Assembly (NCBI GenBank): GCA_046723645.1
Contig: JBKOUY010000009.1
Coordinates: 1 to 62,071 of the forward strand
DNA length: 62,071 nt
From: Actinomycetota bacterium
GTDB taxonomy: Bacteria > Actinomycetota > Acidimicrobiia > Acidimicrobiales > VFJN01
Direction of reading: 5' to 3'
Shown here piece after piece: positions 26,875 through 35,910 of this stretch. The notes beneath the pieces are model-generated. The model was given only the letters and a program-made list of their open reading frames with translations, was not told the origin of the DNA and ran no database searches. Position 1 is the first letter of the stretch. Every line of letters starts with the position of its first letter. Made by a program: the position numbers and the translations under genes.

Positions 26875-27501
26875 ATGGACGCCTCGCTCACCGACAATCG
26901 GGACCTTCGCAACCGCCTGCTCCAGGCGGGCAACGCCGTATTCAGCGAGGTCGGCTACACGGGAGCGACCGTCGATGACCTCATCGCCCGCGCGTCGACG
27001 TCGCGGGCAAGCTTCTACCGCTACTTCCGCAACAAAGACGACCTGTTCGACGAGCTGAGCCGCGCCTGCTTCCGGGACATGAGGGCGATCGTCGAGGAGC
27101 TGGGCCGCGTCCGGCCGGGAGAGGTCGAGACGGCGGAGATCGAGGAGGTGCTGGGCCAGTATCGCGACCTGCACGCCCGCCACGCGGGTGTGTTCCGGGC
27201 CTGGTGGGAGCGAGTGGCCCGGCTGGACCCGGAGGTGCCGGCCGAGGAGGGCCACGTCTTCAACCGGCTCGTCGAGAGCCTCACGCGGTTCGTGAGCGAC
27301 GCCCGCGGCGAGTCGCTGATCGCCCCCGAGGTGCAGGCCGCGCTGCTCTACCTGCTCGTCGAGGGCTCGTACGCGGCGGTCACGTCCCGCTGGTCGCGCA
27401 TCGACCCCGACACGTTGGCGCCGACCCTCGCGCGGATGGTCCACCGCACCTACCTGGGTGGCGATGCGCCGCGGCGCGCCAGCCGCCTGCGGCTCGTCTG
27501 A
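26875..27501 (+). CDS. TetR family regulator
   Basis: LLQAGNAVFSEVGYTGATVDDLIARASTSRASFYRYFRNKDDL; start uncertain. Confidence 0.88.
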   Translation: MDASLTDNRDLRNRLLQAGNAVFSEVGYTGATVDDLIARASTSRASFYRYFRNKDDLFDELSRACFRDMRAIVEELGRVRPGEVETAEIEEVLGQYRDLHARHAGVFRAWWERVARLDPEVPAEEGHVFNRLVESLTRFVSDARGESLIAPEVQAALLYLLVEGSYAAVTSRWSRIDPDTLAPTLARMVHRTYLGGDAPRRASRLRLV

Positions 27502-27530
27502 GGCCCGCGCGTGCCATACAAGCCGCCCCA

Positions 27531-28169
27531 CTAACCGAAGACGGACCGATGGACGAGCTCGGTCAGGCCGTCGACCAGCTCGTCGAACGAGACGACGAGC
27601 TGTCCCCGGTGCGTCGACCTCGTGGCGCGGTCGATCAGGTTGTAGATGCACACCGCCGCCAGGTACGGGTCGATGCCGGTGGGGCCCGCAGCGCCGATCC
27701 GGTCCGCCAGCGCGGTGGTCCAGCGTTGCTGCGCCCGCAGGCCCTGCTTGGTGATCCGGGGATCGGCGTCCTCCACGATCGCATCGAGCAGCGCGGCGTG
27801 GATGGCCGAGTGCTCGAGGAAGAGGCGGCACACTTCCGACAACCAGGCGCGTAGCGAGGCGAAGCCGGCCGGGCCGGGGTCGAAGTCGGGCATCTTGGCC
27901 AGCAGGTCGTCCATCGCGGCCGTGATCTCGTCCTGCATGGCCAGCAACAGGTCGTCCTTGCCGTCGAAGTAGACGTAGAACGTGCCGTGCGACGTGCGGG
28001 CACGCTTGGCGACGCGGGCCATCCGGGCGCCGTGGTAGCTGTGGGCCGAGAACTCCGCCACGGCGGCGTCGAGCAGTCGGGTCAGCGTGCGGCGACCGCG
28101 CTCGCGGCTCGTGCGGGCATCGAGCAGCCCCCGCCATCGCTCCGGCGACCCCCCGGCGCTCTGCGACAC
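27531..28169 (-). CDS. TetR family regulator
   Basis: RGRRTLTRLLDAAVAEFSAHSYHGARMARVAKRARTSHGTFYVYFDGKDDL; GTG 28169. Confidence 0.9.
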   Translation of the reverse strand: MSQSAGGSPERWRGLLDARTSRERGRRTLTRLLDAAVAEFSAHSYHGARMARVAKRARTSHGTFYVYFDGKDDLLLAMQDEITAAMDDLLAKMPDFDPGPAGFASLRAWLSEVCRLFLEHSAIHAALLDAIVEDADPRITKQGLRAQQRWTTALADRIGAAGPTGIDPYLAAVCIYNLIDRATRSTHRGQLVVSFDELVDGLTELVHRSVFG

Positions 28170-28243
28170 GGGTGTCAAGTTAGCCCTCGGCCGCGGCCGG
28201 CCGGCACCCGTGCCCACGGGCCTCGGGCCGTCGACGGTCGGAG

Positions 28244-29068
28244 CTATGACCCCCGGAAGGTGGGCTTGCGCTTGGCGACGAATGCGGCGGCGGCCTCGCG
28301 GTGGTCGTCGCTGACGAACGTGGCGCCCTCGAGCAGCAAGCCGGTGTCCATGAGCAGGTTCATGCGGTCGCGCACGATGCGATTCAACGTCGCCTTGGTG
28401 CCCTGCACGGCCAGCGGTGCCCCGTCGGCCAGGCGTCGGGCCAGGGCGGTGGCCTCCTCCAGGAGCTGCTCGGCCGGCACGGCCTTGAGGACCATGCCGA
28501 GCCGGGCGGCCTCGGCACCGCTGATCGGTTCGCCGGTGAGCAGGTACCACTTGGCGGCGCCGAAGGGCATGATCAGCGGCCACATCACCGCGCCCCCGTC
28601 GCCGGCCACCAGCGCCACACTGACGTGGGTGTCGGCGAAGCGCGCGTCCTCGGCCGCCACGACGACGTCACTGAACAGGGCGATCGTCGCACCCAGCCCC
28701 ATGGCGTAGCCGTGGACCGCAGCGACGATCGGCTGGGGCACCCCCAGGATGGCGTCGAGGAGCTCGGTGGCGTTGAGCGTGTGCAGCACTGTGTGGGCCG
28801 GGCGCGCCGGCTTCGTCCCCGAGGCGCGCTCGTCGAAGCCCTTGACGTCGCCGCCCACGCAGAACGCCCGCCCCTCGCCCCGCAGGAGGACCGCACCCAC
28901 CGAGTCGTCGGCACCCGCGCGGCCCAGGATCTCGACGAAATCCTCGTGGAAACCGCCGCCGATTGCGTTCAGCCGATCGGGGCGGTTGAAGGAGACCGTG
29001 AGCAGGCGCCCGTCCTGACGCACGAGCATCGTCGTGTACTCGCCCCAGTCGTGCGCAGCAGCGGTCAT
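28244..29068 (-). CDS. enoyl-CoA hydratase/isomerase
   Basis: FNRPDRLNA, GEGRAFCVGGD, AAVHGYAMGLGAT, ADTHVSVALVAGDGG; ATG 29068. Confidence 0.92.
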   Translation of the reverse strand: MTAAAHDWGEYTTMLVRQDGRLLTVSFNRPDRLNAIGGGFHEDFVEILGRAGADDSVGAVLLRGEGRAFCVGGDVKGFDERASGTKPARPAHTVLHTLNATELLDAILGVPQPIVAAVHGYAMGLGATIALFSDVVVAAEDARFADTHVSVALVAGDGGAVMWPLIMPFGAAKWYLLTGEPISGAEAARLGMVLKAVPAEQLLEEATALARRLADGAPLAVQGTKATLNRIVRDRMNLLMDTGLLLEGATFVSDDHREAAAAFVAKRKPTFRGS

Positions 29069-29076
29069 GGACCCGG

Positions 29077-30279
29077 CTACCGGGTGATGCCGAACCGCTC
29101 GAGCCCGAAGGCGCGGATGGCATTGCCGCGCAGCAGCTTGTAGGTCTCGTCCGCGTCCAACCCGGCGTTGCGGCAGATCTCCTCGGCCACGGCCTCGGAG
29201 TGGGGGAACGTGCTGTCGGCGTGCGGGTAGTCGGTCTCGAAGCAGATCGTGTCCATGCCGATGCGGTCGCGGTTCGCCAGGCCCGTCTCGTCGTCGAAGA
29301 TGCAGCCGTAGACCCGCCCGCGGATGTAGCTGGTCGGTGGCTCGGGGAGGTTGGTGCCGAAGGAGTTGTCCGACCGCTCCTCCCACAGCTTGTCCATCCG
29401 CTCGAGCAGGTAGGGCATCCAGCCGACCTGTCCCTCGGAGTAGGCGACGACCAGCTCGGGGAACCGCGCCAGCGTGCCCGAGAACACGAAGTCCAGAAGG
29501 GAGCCCATGGCGTTCTGGAACGTCAGCGTGGAGCTGACGATGAACGGCGCGTCGGGCGTCGTCCCCGGCATCTTCGAGGACGAGCCGATGTGCATGCACA
29601 GCACCGTGTCGGTCTCCTCGCAGGCGGCGAACAGCGGGTCCCACTGGCCTGAATGGATCGAGGGCAGCCCCAGCGGATGCGGGTTCTCGGAGAAGGTGAT
29701 GGCGTGGGACCCCCGGGCCGCGCAGCGGCGGACCTCCTCGGCCGCCAACTGCGGATCCCACAGCGGCACCATGGCGAGCGGGATCAGCCGCCCCCTGGCG
29801 TCGCCGGCGCACCACTCGTCGATCATCCAGTCGTTGTAGGCCCGCACGCACAGCAGCGCGAGGTCCTTGTCGTCCCGCTCGGCGAAGGTCTGCCCGCAGA
29901 AGCGGGGGAGCGTGTTGGGAAAGCAGATGGACGCATCCATGTGGTTCGCGTCCATGTCAGCGAGCCGCTCCTTCTGCCGCCAGCAGCCGGGCCGGATCTG
30001 GTCGAAGGTCACGGCGCCGAACCCCAGTTCGTCGAACCCGGCGGCGGCCGACAGCTTCATCAGCGGCGACACCATGCCGTCGTAGTGCCACACGTCGGCC
30101 CAGTCGCCATCGTCGTGCGCCGTCCACACCAGGCCGGTCTTGGCGACGTCGTACGAACCCCTCTCCCGCACGACGCGGGGCCCGCGCTCGCCGTACTTGG
30201 CGGGGAGGCGGCTGGACCAGAGTTCCGGCGGCTCGACGACGTGGTCGTCGACGGAGATGATCCGGGGGATCTGCGTCAT
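29077..30279 (-). CDS. amidohydrolase family protein (Amidohydro_2)
   Basis: ISVDDHVVEPP, RLADMD, AYNDW, MHIGS, FETDYPHAD; ATG 30279 with GGGAGG RBS. Confidence 0.92.
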   Translation of the reverse strand: MTQIPRIISVDDHVVEPPELWSSRLPAKYGERGPRVVRERGSYDVAKTGLVWTAHDDGDWADVWHYDGMVSPLMKLSAAAGFDELGFGAVTFDQIRPGCWRQKERLADMDANHMDASICFPNTLPRFCGQTFAERDDKDLALLCVRAYNDWMIDEWCAGDARGRLIPLAMVPLWDPQLAAEEVRRCAARGSHAITFSENPHPLGLPSIHSGQWDPLFAACEETDTVLCMHIGSSSKMPGTTPDAPFIVSSTLTFQNAMGSLLDFVFSGTLARFPELVVAYSEGQVGWMPYLLERMDKLWEERSDNSFGTNLPEPPTSYIRGRVYGCIFDDETGLANRDRIGMDTICFETDYPHADSTFPHSEAVAEEICRNAGLDADETYKLLRGNAIRAFGLERFGITR

Positions 30280-30363
30280 GCGGTGCCCTCCCTCACGCAA
30301 TTCTCCCGGTGGTTCACCCCGGATTCCCCGGAAACCCGAGCTCTTGGCCACCATATCCGTATA

Positions 30364-30377
30364 TGACAACACCGTCT
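30364..30377. promoter_or_regulatory. putative operator TGACAACACCGTCT
   Basis: Matches TGACAACnnnGTCT also at 41029 and 57269; lies upstream of the amidohydrolase-ECH-TetR operon. Confidence 0.6.
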
Positions 30378-30390
30378 AACAGGGCCCGCG

Positions 30391-33300
30391 TCACCCCCGT
30401 GACGCCGCCAGCGTGGCGAGCTCGGTGCGGTTGGTGACGTCGAGCTTGGCGTAGATGTGGGACAGGTGGGTCTTGACGGTGTCGCGACTGATGAAGAGGC
30501 GGGTGGCGATCTCGGGATTGGTCAGGCCCTCGACCGCCAGGCCGACGACCTTGAGCTCGGTCGGCGTCAGGCTCGCCCAGCCCGTCGGCGGTCGGCCCCG
30601 GGCGCCGCGGGCCCGGCTGACGTAGGCGACGGCATCGTCCAGCGACAGCGCGGTCCCCTCCGACCAGGCTGCGTCGAAGCCGTCGACGCCGAGCGACGCC
30701 CGCAGCGCCGCGACTGCGGCATCGCGGGCGGCGTGGTCGATCGCCGGCCGCGGGTAGCCCATGAGCCCTCGCGCCGCATCGCTGGCGGCATGCAGGCGGG
30801 CGGCCTCGGCATTGCGGCCGCTGCCAGCGGCGCGGCAGGCAAGCGCGTCGAGGCTGTCGACGTAGAACGTGCGCAGGCCGTGCTCCACGCGGACCGCGAG
30901 CGCCTCGTGGTTGAGGCCCTCGGCCCGGTCGGGGTCGTCGGCGGCCACCAGCACCGCCGACTCGTCCAGCGCATCGGCCAGGATGCGGGGGAGGTCGAGC
31001 TCGCGACCCAGCTGCAGCGCCCGTTCCAGGTGTGCCCCGGCTGCCCCCGGGTCACCCAGGCGGCGAGTCGCGGCCGCCAGCCCCGGTAGCGCCCGGGCGA
31101 CGATCATGTTGCCGACGAACGGCTCCGCGTAGCGGGTGGCCTGCTCCAGCCACGCCCGGGCGCTCTCGAGGTCGCCGTTCCAGAGGTGGAGCTGCCCGAG
31201 CGAGACCGCCATGGTCGGGACGTGGACCGCGTGGCCGGCGTCCTCGACGGAGCGGACCACCCTGTCCATGAGCCGCAGCGCCCCCTCGGGGTCGCCGCCC
31301 AGGCCCCTGACCCACGCGAGGTTGCTCAGGGTCGTGCCCACGGCGAAGTAGTCGCCCAGCGGCTCGGCCAGCCCGACCGCCTCGGCCGCCAGCGCCTCGG
31401 AGAGGCGCACGTCGCCGGTGCGCTGCGCCGCCTCCAGCTGCCCGGTGAGGGCGAAAGCGGCGAGGATGCGGTCGCCCCGGCGCCGGCATCGCCGCACGGC
31501 CTCCTCGAGGATCGGGGCGGCGTCCCGGTGGCGATCGCAGTTGGTGAGGGCGAGGCCCTCGAGGACCAGGGTGAGGTCGGTGCCCCAGGCGTCCCCGGCG
31601 GCCTCGGTGTGCCGGCGTGCCTCGACGCAGAGCTCACGTGCCCGGACGAAGTCGAGGTACACGTTGATGTAGGCGTGCAGTGCGAGGCAGCGGCCCATGT
31701 TCCGGTCGTCGCCGTTGGCCGTCGCGATCTCCAGGCCCCGTTCGGCGGAATCGACGGTGAGCCCGAACTCGCCGCCGGTGGCGCCGAGCAGGGCGGCGCC
31801 CACCAGGAGCCTGGCCTGGAGCGTCGAACGATCGGCGGGGGCGAGCCCGATGGCGCGCTTCAGGTGCTGGATGCCCTCGTGCGCGTGGCCATGGAGCAAC
31901 CAGAGCCGGGCGAGCGCCGCCGCCAGGCGCCGGCCGCGGGCGGCGTCGGGCGCCGAGAGCCCCCAGTCGAGCGCCGCCCTGAGGTTGTCGTGCTCGGTCT
32001 CGAGCGTGGTCAGCCATGCATCCTGGCCGGTGCCCTCCAGCTCCGGCTCCGCGAGCTCCGCCAGCGCCAGGAAGTGGTCCAGGTGCCGGTCGCGGGTGGC
32101 GGCGGCCGCCCCGGTGTCGCGGAGCCGATCGTGCGCGTACTGGCGGATCGTGTCCAGGAGCCGGTAGCGGGCCTGGGCGTCGCGCTGGTCGACCAGGACG
32201 AGGGACTTGTCGACGAGGCGTCCGAGGGTGACGAGCACGTCGTCGGCGCCGCCCGGTCCGGCACACACCGCCCGGGCGGCTTCGACCGTGAAGCCGCCGG
32301 TGAACACGGCCAGCTGGTGCAGGACCGCGCGGTCGGGCCCGTCGAGCAGGTCGTGGCTCCACTCGACCGACGCGGCGAGGGTCTGCTGCCGCGCGACCAC
32401 GCCTCGTGCGCCCCCGGCGAGCAGCCGGAACCGGTCGTCGAGGCCGGCGACGATCTCGGCCGGGGACAACGTGCGGAGCCAGGCGGCGGCGAGCTCGACG
32501 GCCAGGGGGATCCCGTCGAGCCGCTGGCACACCGTGCGCACGGCGGACTCGTTCCCGTCGTCGACGGCGAAGCCGGGCCGCACGTGGCCGCCGCGATCGG
32601 CGAACAGCGAGACGGCCTCGTCCTCGACCATCGACGGCACCCGCCACACCGTCTCGCCCGCCACCCCGAGGGGCTCCCGCGTCGTGGCGAGCACGGACAC
32701 CTCGGGGCAGGAGCGCAGCAGCGCGTCCGCCAGCTCGGCGCTGGCATCCAGCAGGTGCTCGCAGTTGTCGAGGCAGACCAGCAGCCGGCGATCGTGCAGG
32801 TGCAGGGCCAGTGCCCGCAGGGGCCCTGCGAGCGGGTCGACCATGACCCGGGTGGCGGCGGCCGTGAGCTCAGCCACCAGCGAAGGGTCGGTGACGGGGC
32901 CGAGGTCGACCCACCACACCCCGTCGGGCCAGCGGTCGGCCAGCCGCGCCGCCGCCTGGACGGCCAGGCGGGTCTTGCCGCATCCGCCCGACCCGGTGAG
33001 CGTCACCATCCGTTCGGTGCCCAGGAGCCGCTCGACCGCCGCCAGCTCGTCGCTGCGCCCCACGAAGCTCGTGAGCTGGGGTGGCAGGTTGTTGGCCAGC
33101 ACGTCCAGCGAGCGCAGCGGCGGGAAGTCGCCGGGCAGCTCTGCGTGCCGCAGCTCGAAGATGCGCTCGGGTGCCGAGAGGTCGCGCAGCCGGTGGGCGC
33201 CCAGGTCCCGGAGCCAGCCCCCGGCTGGGAGCGCGTCGCTGACGATCGAGGCCGTGACTGCGGTCAGCAGCGTCTGGCCGGCGTGGGCGACATCGCGTAG

Positions 33301-33678
33301 CCGGGCGCCGCGCGGCAACGCCGGCCCGGTGTAGCCGCGGCCGTCGACAGGGTGGGCTTCCCCGGTATGGACCCCGATCCTGGCCCGCGACGCCGACCCG
33401 CCGCCGGCGTCGCCGCCCAGCGCGCGCTGCAGGTCCAGCGCGGCTGTCACGGCGTCCGCCGCCGACGCGAACACGGCGGCCGTCCCGGCACCGTTGGCCC
33501 CAGCGTCGAGCAGATGGCCGCGGTGCGCGGCCAAGGTCGCCAAGGTCGCCGGGGTTGGTGGGTTCGACGGCGTGGCCGGTGCTGCCGGCGTCGGCGGCAC
33601 CGCCGAGAGGTCCACGTCGGCGAGGAGGAACGTCACCGTCCCGGCGGGCAGATCCGGTGCCGGCGGATCGTGGGCCAT
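30391..33678 (-). CDS. degenerate adenylate/guanylate-cyclase-like domain + NB-ARC ATPase + C-terminal LuxR regulator
   Basis: GTVTFLLAD, RIGVHTGEA, DLGAHRLRDL, NLPPQLTSFVGR, GSGGCGKTRLA, LDNCEHL, GWASLTPTE...TVKTHLSHIYAKL. Confidence 0.93.
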   Translation of the reverse strand: MAHDPPAPDLPAGTVTFLLADVDLSAVPPTPAAPATPSNPPTPATLATLAAHRGHLLDAGANGAGTAAVFASAADAVTAALDLQRALGGDAGGGSASRARIGVHTGEAHPVDGRGYTGPALPRGARLRDVAHAGQTLLTAVTASIVSDALPAGGWLRDLGAHRLRDLSAPERIFELRHAELPGDFPPLRSLDVLANNLPPQLTSFVGRSDELAAVERLLGTERMVTLTGSGGCGKTRLAVQAAARLADRWPDGVWWVDLGPVTDPSLVAELTAAATRVMVDPLAGPLRALALHLHDRRLLVCLDNCEHLLDASAELADALLRSCPEVSVLATTREPLGVAGETVWRVPSMVEDEAVSLFADRGGHVRPGFAVDDGNESAVRTVCQRLDGIPLAVELAAAWLRTLSPAEIVAGLDDRFRLLAGGARGVVARQQTLAASVEWSHDLLDGPDRAVLHQLAVFTGGFTVEAARAVCAGPGGADDVLVTLGRLVDKSLVLVDQRDAQARYRLLDTIRQYAHDRLRDTGAAAATRDRHLDHFLALAELAEPELEGTGQDAWLTTLETEHDNLRAALDWGLSAPDAARGRRLAAALARLWLLHGHAHEGIQHLKRAIGLAPADRSTLQARLLVGAALLGATGGEFGLTVDSAERGLEIATANGDDRNMGRCLALHAYINVYLDFVRARELCVEARRHTEAAGDAWGTDLTLVLEGLALTNCDRHRDAAPILEEAVRRCRRRGDRILAAFALTGQLEAAQRTGDVRLSEALAAEAVGLAEPLGDYFAVGTTLSNLAWVRGLGGDPEGALRLMDRVVRSVEDAGHAVHVPTMAVSLGQLHLWNGDLESARAWLEQATRYAEPFVGNMIVARALPGLAAATRRLGDPGAAGAHLERALQLGRELDLPRILADALDESAVLVAADDPDRAEGLNHEALAVRVEHGLRTFYVDSLDALACRAAGSGRNAEAARLHAASDAARGLMGYPRPAIDHAARDAAVAALRASLGVDGFDAAWSEGTALSLDDAVAYVSRARGARGRPPTGWASLTPTELKVVGLAVEGLTNPEIATRLFISRDTVKTHLSHIYAKLDVTNRTELATLAASRG

Positions 33679-33758
33679 GGCCCGATCATCGGCCGGTGCG
33701 ACAGGTCGCAACATCGTCCACGTGGGCGAAGTTGCCGGCGCGCTCCGGGCCATCCGCC

Positions 33759-34499
33759 TCAGGAGCTGGCCGGCTTCTCGTACACCGAGACGTGCTTCGC
33801 GCTGTCGTTGTCGAACGGCTCACGCTTCCAGCCTCCCCACCGGTCGCGCAGCCGGAGGCCCGCCAGGCGGGCCATGAGGTCGAGCTCGGACGGCCAGGCG
33901 TAGCGGAGCACCACCGGCACGAGGCGCACGCCGGTGGGGGAGAGCACGACGTGCTGGGCGTCGACGCGCTGGTCGACCGGGTGGTGCCGGGACACGTCGA
34001 GCCGCACGCGGTCGACGTCCATGCCTATGACGTTCACACGCTGCCCGCGATCGAACCGCGCCACGTCGGGGACGAAGCCCTCCATCGCGAAGCAACCGCC
34101 GGGTTCGAGCCGGCGGGCGACGTTGGCGAAGCACCGCAGCTGGTCGTCCTGGGTGACCAGCGCGAAGAACGTGTTGAAGGCGATGAAGATCAGTGAGTAC
34201 GACCGGTCGACGGCCACGTCGGCCAGGTGACCGAACGTCACCTCGATCCCGCCGCCGCCAGGCTTGGCCCGCATGTGCTCGACCATCGCCGGCGACGCAT
34301 CGATGCCGTGGACCTCGAGTCCCCGCTCGGCCAGCGGGATGGCGATCCGCCCGGTCCCGACGCCGAGCTCGAGCACCGGCCCGCTCCCGGCCAGGGAGAC
34401 GAGCGCCTCGACCGTGTCGGTCGGGTCCATGCCCTGGTGCCACTGGTCGTAGACGTCGGCGATCCGCTCCCCGTACGTCTCGGGCCCGTATCGGTCCAT
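33759..34499 (-). CDS. class I SAM-dependent methyltransferase
   Basis: VLELGVGTGRIA, GIDASPAM, FNTFF, LRYAWPSELDLMARLAGL. Confidence 0.92.
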   Translation of the reverse strand: MDRYGPETYGERIADVYDQWHQGMDPTDTVEALVSLAGSGPVLELGVGTGRIAIPLAERGLEVHGIDASPAMVEHMRAKPGGGGIEVTFGHLADVAVDRSYSLIFIAFNTFFALVTQDDQLRCFANVARRLEPGGCFAMEGFVPDVARFDRGQRVNVIGMDVDRVRLDVSRHHPVDQRVDAQHVVLSPTGVRLVPVVLRYAWPSELDLMARLAGLRLRDRWGGWKREPFDNDSAKHVSVYEKPASS

Positions 34500-34539
34500 G
34501 CGCCACCCTTCACCAGCCGTGCCGGGGACTCAAGCGCAT

Positions 34540-34620
34540 TCAGCTACCGGCGTCGATCGCCGCCTCGATCCGCCCGGACCTGACCGCCTCCAGCAATCCC
34601 GCATGATCCCGTTCGTTCTC
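34540..34620 (-). pseudogene. C-terminal remnant resembling a DUF2252 protein
   Basis: Hand translation gives ENERDHAGLLEAVRSGRIEAAIDAGS*, like the DUF2252 C-terminal QNERD...AVRSGRI motif; no upstream body. Confidence 0.55.
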
Positions 34621-34638
34621 GGGCGACGCGACCAGTGC

Positions 34639-35267
34639 TCAGGTGCGACGCACGAACACGCGCCGGAGCTCGCCGAACGGGACGACGAGGAACACGGCAA
34701 TGGCGCAGTACAGACCCACCGCGACCGCCGGCAGGACGAGCCCGATGAGGATGGCGATCCCATACACCACCACGACCGGCAGGATGCCTCGCCTCACGCT
34801 GTCGGTTTCCTCGACGTCCTCGTCGCTCACACGCGCATACAGGTGTTCCCACCGCGCGTACGCATCCAACGCGTACAGCAGGACGCGGATCACCAGCAGG
34901 ACGATGCCGTACATCGCGACGAAGACCCGTTCCCCCGAGACGTCGTCCAGTCCCTCGGCGACCAGGCGCGTCGGGAACGGCAGGACGGCCACGAACAGGA
35001 GCAGGAGCAGGTTGAGCCGGAGCAGCCCCACGTCGGCCTTGGTCAGCCGTCGGTGATGCCCGTGTGTGCGAGCCACGCGGCGCCGATCGTCAGGAAGCTG
35101 ACGACGTACGCCAGGTAGAACGGCCAGGCATCTGCGACCCGGTCCAACGCATGGCCCGAATCCCGGATCGCCAGGTCCAGGACGAGCAGCGTGATGGCGA
35201 TGGCGAACACGCCGTCGCTGAACGCCTCCAGCCGGTTCGTGCCGACGAATCGGCGTGGCTCGTCCAC
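34639..35267 (-). pseudogene. TMEM175/DUF1211 family potassium channel, frameshifted
   Basis: RLEAFSDGVFAIAITLLVL in one frame (GTG 35267, GAGGAG RBS) and LNLLLLLFVAVLPFPT in another; break at about 35048 (ACC GAC GGC TGA, one base short of GAC CGG CTG). Confidence 0.85.
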
Positions 35268-35363
35268 ATGCTCCTCACCGGCCAACCGGGTCACCTCCAG
35301 GAGACGGCGGCGGCGCACAGAACGGCACCCGATTCGGGCGGGTGCCGTGGGGATCGGCGGTGG

Positions 35364-35786
35364 CTATAGGTCGGGGCGGAGGTCGTGATCGATCTGCATC
35401 AGCTCGACCGGTGCACCGTTGACGGCGATGAAGGCGACCGTGACCCCGGCGCTCGGACTGTTGGGCTCGATGATCACCCGGTGCCCCGCCAGTGCGGCCT
35501 GCAGGTCGTCGACCTCGAATGCCACGTGCGGCACCGTCCTCACGAGGTCCGGGTAGGGCGCGTCGTCCCAGTAGCGCTGCCACTGGATGCCGAACGGATT
35601 GTCCTGGTGGTCGCTGACGGTCATCCTCAGGTGGGGGAGCGGGATCTCGCCCTCGAAGCTGCCCGTCGTCGGGATGCCGATGTGGTTGAACCTCAGCTGC
35701 TGATCCACCGGCGCCGGCCTGGCGCCGCCCATCTCCATCGGCACCGGGTCAGTCTGTCCACCGCCGCCCTGGGCCTGCGCCTCCAT
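35364..35786 (-). CDS. VOC-like hypothetical protein
   Basis: FNHIGIPT, PHVAFEVDDL, VAFIAVNGAPVELM; start uncertain. Confidence 0.75.
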   Translation of the reverse strand: MEAQAQGGGGQTDPVPMEMGGARPAPVDQQLRFNHIGIPTTGSFEGEIPLPHLRMTVSDHQDNPFGIQWQRYWDDAPYPDLVRTVPHVAFEVDDLQAALAGHRVIIEPNSPSAGVTVAFIAVNGAPVELMQIDHDLRPDL

Positions 35787-35910
35787 TTTCGTTGCCGGAT
35801 CGTGCTCGACTGGTGCCGCTGTCGGATCCGGCGCGTGAGCTGGCCGTCCCTCGGGGGGTAGCCGCTACCGTCGTCCCGGCGTGACGACCGCGCGACCAGA
35901 GGGGGGTCAC

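Noticed and set aside
21735-33678. STAND ATPases as anti-phage (Avs-like) systems
   Set aside because: Both carry LuxR HTH outputs typical of actinobacterial transcription regulators; no nuclease, TIR or SIR2 effector domains
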